A stretch of DNA of 64,000 nucleotides from an uncultured Verrucomicrobiae bacterium (GCA_963764165.1 CAVXRD010000001.1:1216001-1280000), one strand, 5' to 3'. Shown: positions 42,389 through 52,907, counted from the first letter of the stretch. The notes: generated by a model not told the origin, from the sequence alone. Numbers and translations: made by a program.

Positions 42389-42491
42389 GGTAGGGACGCC
42401 TCGCCGAGGCGTCCGGGGTGAGGCATTATTCTTGCGCGGGTCGCGGAAATTATTCACGCGCAACCGGACGCCTCGGCGAGGCGTCCCTACC
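42389..42491. repeat. Host REP pair inside phage-like cluster
   Basis: ggtagggacgcctcgccgaggcgtcc ... ggacgcctcggcgaggcgtccctacc, intergenic. Confidence 0.88.
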
Positions 42492-42501
42492 TTAAAATCC
42501 T

Positions 42502-44928
42502 CTAGGATGTCTCCGTTGGCGTCGTGCATAGAATATAAAAGCTGTAAGTCTTCATGGTGGGCGTTCCACTCACGTTGACGCATTGGCTGTAGCTGACCTG
42601 CTGAAAATAAGCCTGCGCGTTCGACGGCAAATCCGCCGGGCTGATGCGGACGCACCCGCCCGCTGTGCCGCCGCTTCCCAATTGCAGATGGAGAATCGGC
42701 GCATTGGGAGCGCCCAAACCCGAGATGTTCCCGTAGTTCGGCTGCCCGCTGCCGCGAACATCGACGGTAAGGCCGGGATTGCCATGAGCGTAGGAATTCG
42801 ACGCCAAATCCGAGAGGCTCGCGGGAAAAATCTGCAAATCCGGCGCGCGGGTGCCCGGACTCGGGCCGCGCTGGGCGACGCTGTTGCCAAGTTGCGCGCC
42901 TGCCTGCTGATTCGCGTCATTGGTGATGTTCGAGCCGATGAAATAAATTTGCCGCGGCCCGCGATTCGCGCGCAACCGCTCCACCATGTCCCGCGCGCCG
43001 AGATGGGCGGCCGGCCCGAATCGGAGTGTCGTGCGTCCATTGGTCAAGTCGTAGGAAATTTGCTGGACGCATGCGTTCATCGCCGCCCATTCACTGCGCC
43101 CGCCGGAGATGTTGAGGTTGTTTCCCATTGGGCAGACATCGCTCACCTCGATTTCTTGGACGCTGAACGAGCCTTCGAATTGTGGAATTTTGGCGATGTT
43201 GTAAATGAATCCAGCCAAACCGTAGGGAACCACTTCGCCCTGCACAAATCCCGCCTGATGCTGATAAACGCCGCCAGGAATGCTCACCAGCGTCACGCGC
43301 GCCGTCTTCTCGTGATACGGAACGTGCGCTGTTTGAATCGAGCTCGATCCAACTTTGCTAACCTCGCTAATCACCCACTTCGCGTTAATCACCGCTTGAA
43401 CAACCTGGGCCGCTGTTCCAGACGGCGCATTGCCCGCCAGCATCCAGGGCGCGATCTGCCCGTCTGTCAACAAATACTGAAACGTGGAAAGATCCACCGC
43501 GTTTCCGTCATCGGCCCCGCCGGGATCATCCGCCGTCACGGAAACAGACGAGCCGGAGAACAGCGATGGCGTCGCGGCCAGCGTCTTGAATTCAGGAAAA
43601 ATCTTTTGCCAGAACGGAATGGCTGACGAATTTGAACTGGGATCAGCCGTGTTCACCGCCATCGTTTTGATGCTGCATTGAATCAGATTGCTGCTGTTTC
43701 CCTCCATGTCGATCGTCGCGGTGACGCCCGCGAAATCGCGCCCCGCCGCCTCCAGCGCCTGCATGGTGGCGCTGTTGGCGCTGCCGCCGACAAATGCGGG
43801 CGAACCGCCGAACGCGCTGGCGGCGGTGTAAAGCGCGCCTGTCAATCCTATTCCCTCGTAAGCCGCGCCGCTGACGGTTCCCGCGACATCGTGAACCACC
43901 TCCGTGTAAAGGCTTCCCGAGTTTGATCCTGTGATGCGGAACTTGAGCGCCACCGCGGATGGCGTGAGGTCATCGCGTTTCTTGATTCGGAAATTCTCCG
44001 TTGTGCCGACGAACGGCAAACTCACAGCCGGCAATTGGTCGCGCGTCGCAACATGCAACGTAGGCGGCGTGGTGGAGTAATCGAACCACACCAGCCCGTC
44101 GCCCATTGGCCCAATCCATTTTAGTTGCCGCCGCAGCGCCTCCGCGCAGGTTATATCGTTGACAGCGTCGAGCGGCGCGCGCAGCACCGTCCGCATGTCC
44201 GCCGCCGTCGTCCCCGTTTGCGCGCTTGTCTTGCCGGTGGCGGCGTAGCCTGGAATGTAATCGGGAATGAGAAGATTCGTGCCCGGCGTCACGTATAAAT
44301 CCCAGTTCGTCCCATCAATCGCCGAGGTCAGCGCGTCGGATTGCAATTGCGGCGACCCGTAATCAATCGTCGTCTGCCCGGCAACGTAAGCGATGATTTC
44401 GGCGATTTGCTGCCGGATCGACATCAGGTTGGTCGCGTTGCTGCCGGGCACCGTATCGTTGGGGCCGACGAGCGCATTCACGCTTTGCCCAAGCACGATC
44501 TGGCTCCGCCAATCCGCCACGTTGGCTGTTCCATTCCAAGTGAACCAGAGTTTTTGGAACACCAGGCGCTCAAAGAAAAATTCCCATGGCCCGGCGAATT
44601 TCAAATCGAACTTCTCCAGCGCCGGACTTCCGCTGCGAAAGGTTTCGACGCGCCAGCCAATGAACCATTGCGTCCCGCCAGTCCACGAGGTGTTGCCGCT
44701 CAACGGCAGACCGGCGGCGTTGGTTCCAGCGCCAGAGGATGGCGCGCGCCCGATTCGCAGGATGATTTTTCCACCGTAGGGAATCGGATCATCCGCGTCG
44801 GCTGGGAGCAGCAGTTTGCAAGCGAGGTGGTCGTGGGCCTGATTGCCAATCTCGCGCTCGCACTGGCTGATGTTCCAATCCGCCAGCGATTTTTCGACGC
44901 CGTTATACGTAAGTGTGGTGAAGGTCAT
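42502..44928 (-). CDS. Large putative tail hub/tip protein
   Basis: About 808 aa, beta-rich; C-terminal VQQISYDL..G.TTLRFGP motif resembles phage tail hub proteins; position in cluster. Confidence 0.6.
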   Translation of the reverse strand: MTFTTLTYNGVEKSLADWNISQCEREIGNQAHDHLACKLLLPADADDPIPYGGKIILRIGRAPSSGAGTNAAGLPLSGNTSWTGGTQWFIGWRVETFRSGSPALEKFDLKFAGPWEFFFERLVFQKLWFTWNGTANVADWRSQIVLGQSVNALVGPNDTVPGSNATNLMSIRQQIAEIIAYVAGQTTIDYGSPQLQSDALTSAIDGTNWDLYVTPGTNLLIPDYIPGYAATGKTSAQTGTTAADMRTVLRAPLDAVNDITCAEALRRQLKWIGPMGDGLVWFDYSTTPPTLHVATRDQLPAVSLPFVGTTENFRIKKRDDLTPSAVALKFRITGSNSGSLYTEVVHDVAGTVSGAAYEGIGLTGALYTAASAFGGSPAFVGGSANSATMQALEAAGRDFAGVTATIDMEGNSSNLIQCSIKTMAVNTADPSSNSSAIPFWQKIFPEFKTLAATPSLFSGSSVSVTADDPGGADDGNAVDLSTFQYLLTDGQIAPWMLAGNAPSGTAAQVVQAVINAKWVISEVSKVGSSSIQTAHVPYHEKTARVTLVSIPGGVYQHQAGFVQGEVVPYGLAGFIYNIAKIPQFEGSFSVQEIEVSDVCPMGNNLNISGGRSEWAAMNACVQQISYDLTNGRTTLRFGPAAHLGARDMVERLRANRGPRQIYFIGSNITNDANQQAGAQLGNSVAQRGPSPGTRAPDLQIFPASLSDLASNSYAHGNPGLTVDVRGSGQPNYGNISGLGAPNAPILHLQLGSGGTAGGCVRISPADLPSNAQAYFQQVSYSQCVNVSGTPTMKTYSFYILCTTPTETS

Positions 44929-44996
44929 GTCTGGAATTTTTAAATTTGGGCCTTCCGCCGTCGCTCCGCTATGGCGCGACAAGCAGGAACGGAGCC

Positions 44997-47077
44997 TCAG
45001 GGCGCGGAGATCAAATTTGTGTGAGAGCCCGTGATCCAATACAACGCGCATGCGCCCGCGCCATTATTGGAACTCCAGAAAATTCCAGAGCCGGAAATGG
45101 CTGCGGGCGGCGTGGTTCCATTGGCGGGCATTACGATGTTATTTGACACGCCCAAGGTCCCGCTAACCGTGAGGGTGAAAGCGGGAGAGGCCGTGTCAAT
45201 GCCGACGTGGCCACTGTTGGTGGCGTAGAGGACAGATCCGCCGAAACCGGCATACTTTGTCATGTTCAAAAAACCAACCTGAGCCGGACTAAACTGCACC
45301 GTGGTGTTCGTTTGCGACGACCACGGCAACGTCGTTCCGCCCGCATTCGAGGGATAAAACGACAATTGCCACGTCAGCGGCTCATTATTGTAATAGGCGT
45401 AAACGTCTTCGCTCAGGGCTGGGCCGCTCGTTACATAGTAAAGGCCGCTCTGGTTGTAGTAGCTGTTCAGGAACGAGGTAAAACTGGAATTCGTTTGCGA
45501 TTGCAGAAAATATCCGCCCTCGCGAATTTGCGGCATGCCAATGTCCGGGTCGTAAAACCCGGTGCCATCGGGCAGGACGCTGACGCCGACGGAACCGTTG
45601 TTCATGACCGCTCCCGCGATGGACGAGCCAGCCTCCACGTAACCGACCGCAACGCCCGTCATGTTCTCCAAATAGATCGGATACCCTCCAGTGGGCAATC
45701 CGCCCGAAACAATCGTCAGCCCGTCGATCAGCCCCGCATTGCCCACGCCGCCTGTCAAAGAAACAGGACTTCCGCGCCCCGCAACGTAGCTTTCGGCCTG
45801 CACCGCGGTCATTCGCACATTGTTGAACGTGCCTGTTCCGGTGTGGGTGTAGACGGCGTTTTGCGCCCAATTGTCAATTATGCAGTTATTGAAGAACAGC
45901 CCGCTGGTGGTGCTGCCGGCGCCGCTTTGAAACTCAGGCTGCACGTCAACGGCATTCGTATAGCCGCCCGTGTCACCGTAACTGCCCCAGTCAAACGCGC
46001 CCCCGCCCGAGTTCAGAATTTGCCCGCCACCGGAGCCTTCCCAGCGAATCGCGCAGCGCGACTTATGAATGCCGCCGACGCCGCCGAGCGCCTCCCAGCC
46101 CGAATTCAGAATCGTCCAGCCACCCACGTCCACGTTGGCGAAGTTGTTGATGCGAATGCCGTCGCAATACCAGCGAATCCAGCTCAAGTTATATGCCTGC
46201 CAGCCCTGGCCCGCCTGGTAATCCACGCAGCGGTAGCCGCCGTCGAGAAGCACGTTGTTCCAATTGCAGCTCACCGCGCCGTTGATGCCATCGGCGTTCG
46301 TTGTCAAACAAACGAATGCGCCGGCGCTGGGCGGAGTGGCGTTCGTCCAGAATCCGGCGATGTTCTGAAACGTCAGGTAACTCCCCCTCGCCACAAAGCA
46401 ATTGAGGTGAGGTTTGTCCAAACGATGGCGGAAACCAATGTGTCCGGCTGGCCCAACGCCCAAGACCCGGCGCCATCACCGAGGATGGTCAGGTTCGCGT
46501 TCGTGATAATAATATTTCCGCTGACTTTGTATTTTCCGCGCGGGAAATAAATGGCGCCACCGTTTCCCGCCGCCGCCATCGCGTTGGAAATGGCGGCGTT
46601 GTTATCGGTGACCCCGTCCCCGACGCCGCCTGTGGAAGTGATGTTCACATAGCTGGCAATCGATACAGGAACCCACGCGGCGCCATTCCATTCCAGCACC
46701 TGGCCCGCGGCCGCGCCTGATTGCGTCAACGCCGAGGTCGGAAGATTGGTCGCGCCAGAAATATTGCCGCTGACGATCGCAAGGTTTGTCGCGATTTGTC
46801 CGCTGGTGGTGGCATTGGTCAAGTAAGTATTCGTGCCAAAACCACCGAAGGGCGCAATTCCCGAACCGCCACCCCCACCCCCTCCGCTGAATCCAGCCCG
46901 GGTCAGCGCGTTGGTCAGCGGCGTGATATTCGTGTCAAAGAAATTGGTTTCGTTGGGCGGAATGGCGTTATTCGTATTGACGACGAATACTTTGTTGGTG
47001 GAAATCTGCGCCGAAGCGGGATAATCCATGGCGGCGAATAATAAAATCGCGAATAGAATGCGGAATGCGGTTTTCAT
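44997..47077 (-). pseudogene. Tail fibre/spike with pectate-lyase-like beta-helix, split by a single-base frameshift near 46410
   Basis: ORF 46373-47104 (GQVLEWNGAAWVP; GGVGDGVTDN.AAI..A...GGAIYFPRGKY) continues in ORF 44997-46463 (beta-helix, GHVGIDTASPAFTLTVSG). Confidence 0.7.
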
Positions 47078-47108
47078 TTTGGTCGGAAGTTTGAGCGGGT
47101 TCATTTTC

Positions 47109-47735
47109 TTAGTATCCTTGGTCTGAGAGTTGGAGGGTCAGGACGCCGCCGTCGTTTAGAATCGACAGCGTATGATAAAGTCCAGTGGTGGCATCGAGCA
47201 GTTGCGGGACAATCCGCCCCGAAACAGTCGTGTAACGCAATCCGGCCAGGGGCGGAGCGCTGGCGCTGGTGGCGGGGCCGTCCTTCACCGTAAGCGGGCC
47301 ATTCAAAATGGTGATGTTCTTGGCCGGAGAATCAGTCGTCTGGGCCGTGATGCGCAGCCAATAGTTGACGCTGGCCAGCCCGCCGAGGCTAATGGCCGTC
47401 TGGCTATTCGGGAACAAGAATGCAGCGTGATAAAACGGCGTGGTATTGCCGTTCCACTCACTTTGCGTCAGCGACAAATTCATGCTCGCGGCCGCGACAA
47501 AGCAACTCAGCATCGGCGGGTTGGAATCGTTTTCCGCCGCAAAAATTTGCGCGGTCACGGAGGCGACATTCGACAGCGAGGTGAGCAGGGCGCCGTTTTG
47601 GCCCAGGCCGATGTCAATTTCGATGTCGTCGCCGCGATAAAACGAGGGCGGCTGATTGCCGCGATTGAGATCAATAAGATTGCCCGGCGCGGCGACGTCG
47701 CACAGCAGCCGGATGGGAAGAGGTGTCAATGCCAT
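47109..47735 (-). CDS. Putative baseplate/fibre-attachment protein
   Basis: FYRGDDIEIDIGL N-terminal pattern reminiscent of BppU-like domains; position before the fibre gene. Confidence 0.5.
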   Translation of the reverse strand: MALTPLPIRLLCDVAAPGNLIDLNRGNQPPSFYRGDDIEIDIGLGQNGALLTSLSNVASVTAQIFAAENDSNPPMLSCFVAAASMNLSLTQSEWNGNTTPFYHAAFLFPNSQTAISLGGLASVNYWLRITAQTTDSPAKNITILNGPLTVKDGPATSASAPPLAGLRYTTVSGRIVPQLLDATTGLYHTLSILNDGGVLTLQLSDQGY

Positions 47736-47769
47736 ATGTCAATAATAGGAATTTTTGGGGTGATGGAAA

Positions 47770-48240
47770 TTACGGGCTGGTCTGCCACGCGCCGTTGCCG
47801 CAGATCGAATAGGTGATGTTGCAGGCAACTTCCTGGTGCGCCACACACGCCACCGATTCCACAACGGCATTCGGCAAATAGCGCGTGATCAATCCAGTGC
47901 CGGATTGGTTGTAAATCGTGATTTCGCCCTGCACCGGAACGCTGTCTGGATGAAACAGAATGAAGGCCAGGCAGGCCTCCGCCGTTTGAAACGACCGCTG
48001 CGCCGTAAAGGCAAAGCGGTTTTCAAGGTTGTAGCGGGGAATGTTCGAGAGATAGGCCGCCCGGAACAGCGGTGCTTTCTGGATGATCCGCTTTTGCTGG
48101 TTGAGGCAGCCTTCCTTGACCTGCCCTCCAGCGCCGCTGGAGAAATTCGTCGAGGGCGCCGAACCGCTAATAAGGCGGATGCTGTCATCGGCCAGGACAA
48201 ACGGCACGGAACCGCCAGAGGGGGTGATGGTGATTTTCAT
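47770..48240 (-). CDS. Hypothetical phage tail protein (distal-tail-like position and size)
   Basis: 156 aa beta-rich ORF with ATGA overlap to the upstream gene. Confidence 0.55.
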   Translation of the reverse strand: MKITITPSGGSVPFVLADDSIRLISGSAPSTNFSSGAGGQVKEGCLNQQKRIIQKAPLFRAAYLSNIPRYNLENRFAFTAQRSFQTAEACLAFILFHPDSVPVQGEITIYNQSGTGLITRYLPNAVVESVACVAHQEVACNITYSICGNGAWQTSP

Positions 48241-48521
48241 GTTTGGCTGAAGTCCGCAAAGAATTGCACGGCGTCGCGCATTTCCAATTGGGAGACGTTT
48301 GGATCCGAGTTGAGCCGGAGACGGAGACGGCGCAACGCCTGCGCCTCAATCGCCCGAATCATCGCCGGCGTGCAATCGCACCAGGCGGCAATTTCACCCG
48401 CGCTGTGAGTCGCGCGAGGTTTGGCTGCGGCGGACAAAATCGCCAGGCCCAGGTCGATGCGCCTGCCTTTCCGTCCGTTGCGAATCGGCGGCGAATCCAC
48501 GTTTTTGTGATCGTGCGTCAT
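48237..48521 (-). CDS. Small protein with sigma-70 region-4-like HTH
   Basis: HSAGEIAAWCDCTPAMIRAIEAQALRRLR parallels T.EEIG.....TRERIRQIE.KALRKLR. Confidence 0.7.
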   Translation of the reverse strand: MTHDHKNVDSPPIRNGRKGRRIDLGLAILSAAAKPRATHSAGEIAAWCDCTPAMIRAIEAQALRRLRLRLNSDPNVSQLEMRDAVQFFADFSQT

Positions 48522-48524
48522 GGT

Positions 48525-49460
48525 TTATGCGAGGGTTAAGGCCGCCCGGGATGGAACGCCGCCGCTGGCGATGTTAAGCGTGCTGACCCACCCCAATTCG
48601 CCCACGCGCAACGGGCGCCCGCCAAAGACGTATCCCGCCGATTTCAACGCCGCGTTGCCAAGGGTAATGGTGATGCTGCTGCTGCCCGAAATCACGAGAT
48701 TGGCTGAATTCGTTGACAGCCGGTAACCGCCCGCGGCTCCCGTTCCCTGCGCATACAGCGCCGCGTCAATTTGCGCCGCCGTCGGCCCGAGCGGTTTGCA
48801 TTTGGCCATCACGCGGCAGCTCGCCAGCTTGAACGCGCGCGTCCGGCCTTGAATGGTCACCGGCTCCAATTTCAGTTCGTGGCTGATCGTCCATTTATCC
48901 TGCGCTTGAAAGCTCGTGAATCCCGCGATGCTTCCCCACGCCGCCGTGAATTCCTGCCGCCCGAGGACAGCCGTGCCGGGAACGGCGGGATTGCTGAACG
49001 ACTGGCCTGTTTGCAGCGTGTAATAGCTATTGGCGGAACTCGCGTTCTGGCCGTTCGCAATGACGCCCCAAATTTCCATGCGGCCCAGCACCGGCCCTTC
49101 GACGCCGAGTTCCAGGTCCGGCATTTTGCCGACCAGCGCGCTCGTCAGCGCGACGACATCGCCGTTGTTGCTGTTCCACGCGCAAGCCACGTCGGAACTG
49201 CCGGGAAAGGACGTGCCGACCGTGGCGGAGACATACGGGAACATGGTCGCCAGCGCAGCCGTATCGTAGAAGAGCGGGCGGCCTTGGGCTTTGACGACCA
49301 TGTCCCGATAAATTTCGTCCACGTCGCCGTAAAGCGAAGTGGCAACAACGTCGGTGACGAGCGCTGTTTCGACGGTGGAATCCTCGGCAAATTGAATATT
49401 CTGGCCATTAAAGGCCGCGTAAGCCGGACCGCCGGCAAGTTGGGATCGGGTGACACTCAT
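48525..49460 (-). CDS. Putative major tail tube protein
   Basis: 311 aa with two similar beta-rich halves, located after adaptor and terminator genes. Confidence 0.55.
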   Translation of the reverse strand: MSVTRSQLAGGPAYAAFNGQNIQFAEDSTVETALVTDVVATSLYGDVDEIYRDMVVKAQGRPLFYDTAALATMFPYVSATVGTSFPGSSDVACAWNSNNGDVVALTSALVGKMPDLELGVEGPVLGRMEIWGVIANGQNASSANSYYTLQTGQSFSNPAVPGTAVLGRQEFTAAWGSIAGFTSFQAQDKWTISHELKLEPVTIQGRTRAFKLASCRVMAKCKPLGPTAAQIDAALYAQGTGAAGGYRLSTNSANLVISGSSSITITLGNAALKSAGYVFGGRPLRVGELGWVSTLNIASGGVPSRAALTLA

Positions 49461-49493
49461 AAATTGTGTATAGTTGACATGTGTTGGATGGGT

Positions 49494-50213
49494 TTAATTG
49501 ACGACGAACGTATCGATCATGCTTCCCTGCAAAGCGCCGTTGTAAGCCGCCGTGCGGACAGTCGTGCCGCCTGCGACGCTGAACGGCGTCGTGTACAAAG
49601 TCGCATTAGGATTTCCCGCCCCGGGGAAACTCGCGTCCGTGGTGTAAAAAATGGCGGAGCCGCCGCCCGGCTGCTGGTCCGAAAGCGTGACCGTGCCCGC
49701 ATTGGCGCTGGCGCCCGGAATGATCGTCCGCGTGAGCGCGGTTAACGCAAACGTCGCGCGCAGCGTCACTGCCAGGGCAATGAAGGGCGAATCTGCGGGA
49801 GTCGAAACGTATTCATAAAACGTGGGCGCGGCGTAAAATCCTTGCAGCGCCCCGCCGAGGAAAAACAACTGAAACGTCTGGGCCAAATTCACCGCAATTT
49901 GTTCGGCGCTAAGCCCGGTGCCATTTGCGCCCTGGTTCACAGTTGGCTGCTCCTTCACGAGAAATTTCTGCTCCAGCGTGCAAACCGGCCCCGCTGTATC
50001 CGGCAAAGCGGATTTCAACGCGGGCATCAGAACTTCGATCGACGCCCCGCCCTTTCCGTTGCGTCCCGAAAATCCCGACAAGGCGCGGCTGACTTCGGTG
50101 TCCATTCGTTTCTCGCGCACTTTGAAAATGGCGATGCTTTGGAACCATGGCTCGGAGAGCAGCTTGTAATAGACGTCCGGCTGGACGGATTCGATTTGGG
50201 CGGCAAGGCTCAT
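49494..50213 (-). CDS. Putative tail terminator/completion protein with C-terminal Fn3-associated (chitobiase-like) domain
   Basis: Follows the gp36-like gene; IFYTTDASFP...ATLYTTPFSV...TVRTAAY is an Fn3-associated Ig-like domain signature. Confidence 0.6.
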   Translation of the reverse strand: MSLAAQIESVQPDVYYKLLSEPWFQSIAIFKVREKRMDTEVSRALSGFSGRNGKGGASIEVLMPALKSALPDTAGPVCTLEQKFLVKEQPTVNQGANGTGLSAEQIAVNLAQTFQLFFLGGALQGFYAAPTFYEYVSTPADSPFIALAVTLRATFALTALTRTIIPGASANAGTVTLSDQQPGGGSAIFYTTDASFPGAGNPNATLYTTPFSVAGGTTVRTAAYNGALQGSMIDTFVVN

Positions 50214-50237
50214 ATTGAAAATGGGAAAATGGGTCGA

Positions 50238-50690
50238 TTAGGTTTCGCCGAGCTTGTCAAATGAATGCGTTGAAACGCGATGGCCCCGGCGAATGGCCTC
50301 CACCCGGAAACTAGGGCCGGTCACGTTCTGCGGATTGGCGGGAATCTCCACCTTCTCGCGCCCTTCGCGAATTTTCTCCATGCGCTTGACAGATTCGTCG
50401 TATTGGGCGCGCCGGAAATCGCTCTGCAAATCCGTCTTGGGCAGGCTGCAAAACCACTTCCAGCGAACCATTGCAATGGCGTCGGAGCGAATCTGGTCAG
50501 GCACGGTTCCGACTGGCCCAATCTGGTTTCCGCCGACCAGGATGCCCGCCTGAATTTCAGCGGTGATGGTCGCGAGGATGGTCGAAAGGATCGACGAGCT
50601 TCCCTGAATCGTGTTCAGCATCGTGACTTCGTCCGGGAGGATTTCCGCCGTGACGTCAGCGGCGGCAAGTGTGTTCCAAGGCATAAGCAA
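50238..50690 (-). CDS. Mu gp36/DUF1320-like head-tail adaptor
   Basis: TVPDQIRSDAIAMVRWKW...RRAQYDESVKRMEKIREG resembles DUF1320; position after capsid. Confidence 0.7.
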   Translation of the reverse strand: MLMPWNTLAAADVTAEILPDEVTMLNTIQGSSSILSTILATITAEIQAGILVGGNQIGPVGTVPDQIRSDAIAMVRWKWFCSLPKTDLQSDFRRAQYDESVKRMEKIREGREKVEIPANPQNVTGPSFRVEAIRRGHRVSTHSFDKLGET

Positions 50691-50757
50691 TTTTGTTGAG
50701 GTAAGGAGCGCCGGCGCGGAAGGATGGGATGGTTGCCGCGCCGGCGCTGTTGGTTGG

Positions 50758-51273
50758 CTAAGGCGTGATGCTGGCTTGCAGCGTGAGGTTAATGTTGCTG
50801 ATCGCGCCGTTGGAAACGGACGTGATGCGGAAAGCCGTGGCCGGCTCCCACAGGCTCGTCGCGATGTTCGTCGCGGCGGTGACCTGGTTCGTGCCGTTCA
50901 ACGGGAACGTCCAGATAAACGGCGTAGTGGTGGTGAAGTTTGTGCCGTAACGGCCGTTGATCGCGGCCGGATTTCCGCCCGCGCTGTCGTAGGCGAAATC
51001 CACCTTCACGGTGACGTTGCTCAAGGCAACGTTGTTCGTTGTCGTCACGGTGGCCCACAATCCGATCGGATGCGAACCGCTGTAAGCGAGGAACGTGTTG
51101 GTAGAAGCGGCAGCCTGGAACAACTGGTTGCTGGTGAGCGTCTGGCTGGACACCAGCGTGTAAATGCGCGGCGTCACCTGGGTGGTGACCTGCGCAGCCG
51201 CGCGGCGCATTCCGGCGGCCAGCATGGCGGACGTGGCGAGAAGGACCAAGCCCTTCTGAATGAATCTTTTCAT
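50758..51273 (-). CDS. Signal-peptide-bearing Thr/Asn-rich beta protein
   Basis: MKRFIQKGLVLLATSAMLAAGMRRAAAQ N-terminus; between capsid and adaptor genes. Confidence 0.75.
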   Translation of the reverse strand: MKRFIQKGLVLLATSAMLAAGMRRAAAQVTTQVTPRIYTLVSSQTLTSNQLFQAAASTNTFLAYSGSHPIGLWATVTTTNNVALSNVTVKVDFAYDSAGGNPAAINGRYGTNFTTTTPFIWTFPLNGTNQVTAATNIATSLWEPATAFRITSVSNGAISNINLTLQASITP

Positions 51274-51296
51274 ATTCGTGTTTCGATTTAAGAGTT

Positions 51297-52364
51297 TTAG
51301 TTGACTGTGATTTGCTGAATTCCAGTGGTGTGCTGCACGTGCAGGAACTCGTAGTTTTCGACCGTGAGGGCGATGAGCTTGACGCCGACATCGGTGACAT
51401 AGACGGCGTAATCGCCCCCGCCGTAAGCGGAGTTGGCGACGTGCCGCACGAGGTTGCTCGAGTCCATCGGGCCGTCGGCTTCGATGCTGGTGAACAGCAT
51501 GACGTTGCTGCCGATGATTTCCTGCTTGGCCGTGCCGGTGGATTGCTGGTAGCGCTCGGCGTTGATGATGCAGCGATCCACACCGATGGCAGTGGCCACC
51601 TGCTCTTCCGTGAATTGCCCCGCTCGCGCCAGCGCGCCGGCGGTGAGCTGTGTCTCGTAGGCGTTCTGGCGCTTGAGCGCGGCCTGATCACCGTAAACGG
51701 CGACCAGCGGATAGAAGCCGGTGGTGTTGGCCAGGTTGATGATGTCCTGCTTCAATTCCAAATCAGGATTGCTGCCTGTATCCCAAATGGTGGAGGAAGT
51801 GATGGCTGCGGCTTGCAGAAGCGAAACCGCTTCCAGCACAGTGGCGCGCATCATCAAGTCCAGCAGCCACTTGGTGTGGACCTGCTGCCATTCCGGCTTA
51901 TCCTTGAGCTGGTCGCGGTCCAGCAGCACGGTCAAACCGCGATTGGGCACCTGCAAATCCACCTTCGTGGCGACGCGCTGGCGCACGCGCATGAAGTCGG
52001 ACAGGATGCTGCGTTTGACACGCGTGTAATCCACGGTCTGCCACGGCTCGTTTTCGTCGTAAACTGTCAAGCGCACGATGCGGCTGTTGCTGGGGCGCGG
52101 CGGGGCCAGCGTGTCGCGCAATTGGCGGAGGCGGTTGCCGACCATGCCGTCGTAGCTGATGGCAAAGGCGGTCAATTCCTCGATGTATTCGGACTGCCGG
52201 AGCAGCGAATCGTTGGCCAGGCAAACCTGCCCGTGATGCGCGCCGACGTTGTTGGAGGAAATCGCGTTGGGGGCAAAATCGTTGCCCAGCGCGACTCCGA
52301 GGGATTCCAACGCCGCCACGCGGGCGGAATTGGAGAGGACGATGGGGTCTTTCATAGTTGTCAT
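51297..52364 (-). CDS. Putative major capsid protein
   Basis: About 355 aa, downstream of protease and decoration genes; size and position fit an HK97-fold capsid. Confidence 0.7.
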   Translation of the reverse strand: MTTMKDPIVLSNSARVAALESLGVALGNDFAPNAISSNNVGAHHGQVCLANDSLLRQSEYIEELTAFAISYDGMVGNRLRQLRDTLAPPRPSNSRIVRLTVYDENEPWQTVDYTRVKRSILSDFMRVRQRVATKVDLQVPNRGLTVLLDRDQLKDKPEWQQVHTKWLLDLMMRATVLEAVSLLQAAAITSSTIWDTGSNPDLELKQDIINLANTTGFYPLVAVYGDQAALKRQNAYETQLTAGALARAGQFTEEQVATAIGVDRCIINAERYQQSTGTAKQEIIGSNVMLFTSIEADGPMDSSNLVRHVANSAYGGGDYAVYVTDVGVKLIALTVENYEFLHVQHTTGIQQITVN

Positions 52365-52375
52365 GGAGTGATGTG

Positions 52376-52864
52376 TTATTGGGTGATCGAGTAGGGGAAG
52401 CACGGGATGAACGGGATGTCCAATCCGCCAGCCCCAACAGTCTTGGTGGCGCGGCCGATGACCCAGAATGTGCCGTGCCCGGCAGTTGTGAGGTCGCCGA
52501 CGTAACCGTTGGGGGCCGAGTAGACGAGATTGTCAATCGTGACCGATCCCACCGAAACGCCGAGCTGCATGCCGACGGTGGCGCCAAAACGCTCGATGTC
52601 GAAGAAGTCGCCCAATTGGTAAGGGGCGTCCGGCGACACGCCAAGCGGCATGCTGGTCCCGTCCGCGACCGCGGCGTAATATTGGCCGGAACCGCGCTTG
52701 TAAACCAAATACTTGCTCGTGACGGGCAGCGAACTGCCCGGATCGATCTGGAGCGATTCGCGCCCGTGTTCGAACACGCCGCCCAATTCGTTGGCCAGGG
52801 CAACAGGCTCCGGCCCGGCGAAAAATGCGGCGGGGTTCAGGATGAATTTCAGGAATTTTCTCAT
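52376..52864 (-). CDS. Putative head decoration/cement protein
   Basis: YLVYKRG...PLGVS.D...GSVTIDNLVYSAPNG...VIGRA pattern resembles DUF2190-like proteins; immediately before capsid. Confidence 0.65.
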   Translation of the reverse strand: MRKFLKFILNPAAFFAGPEPVALANELGGVFEHGRESLQIDPGSSLPVTSKYLVYKRGSGQYYAAVADGTSMPLGVSPDAPYQLGDFFDIERFGATVGMQLGVSVGSVTIDNLVYSAPNGYVGDLTTAGHGTFWVIGRATKTVGAGGLDIPFIPCFPYSITQ

Positions 52865-52907
52865 AGGTAACTTTTTTCTGTGGATATTTTTGGTGTTCGT
52901 TTCTGGG

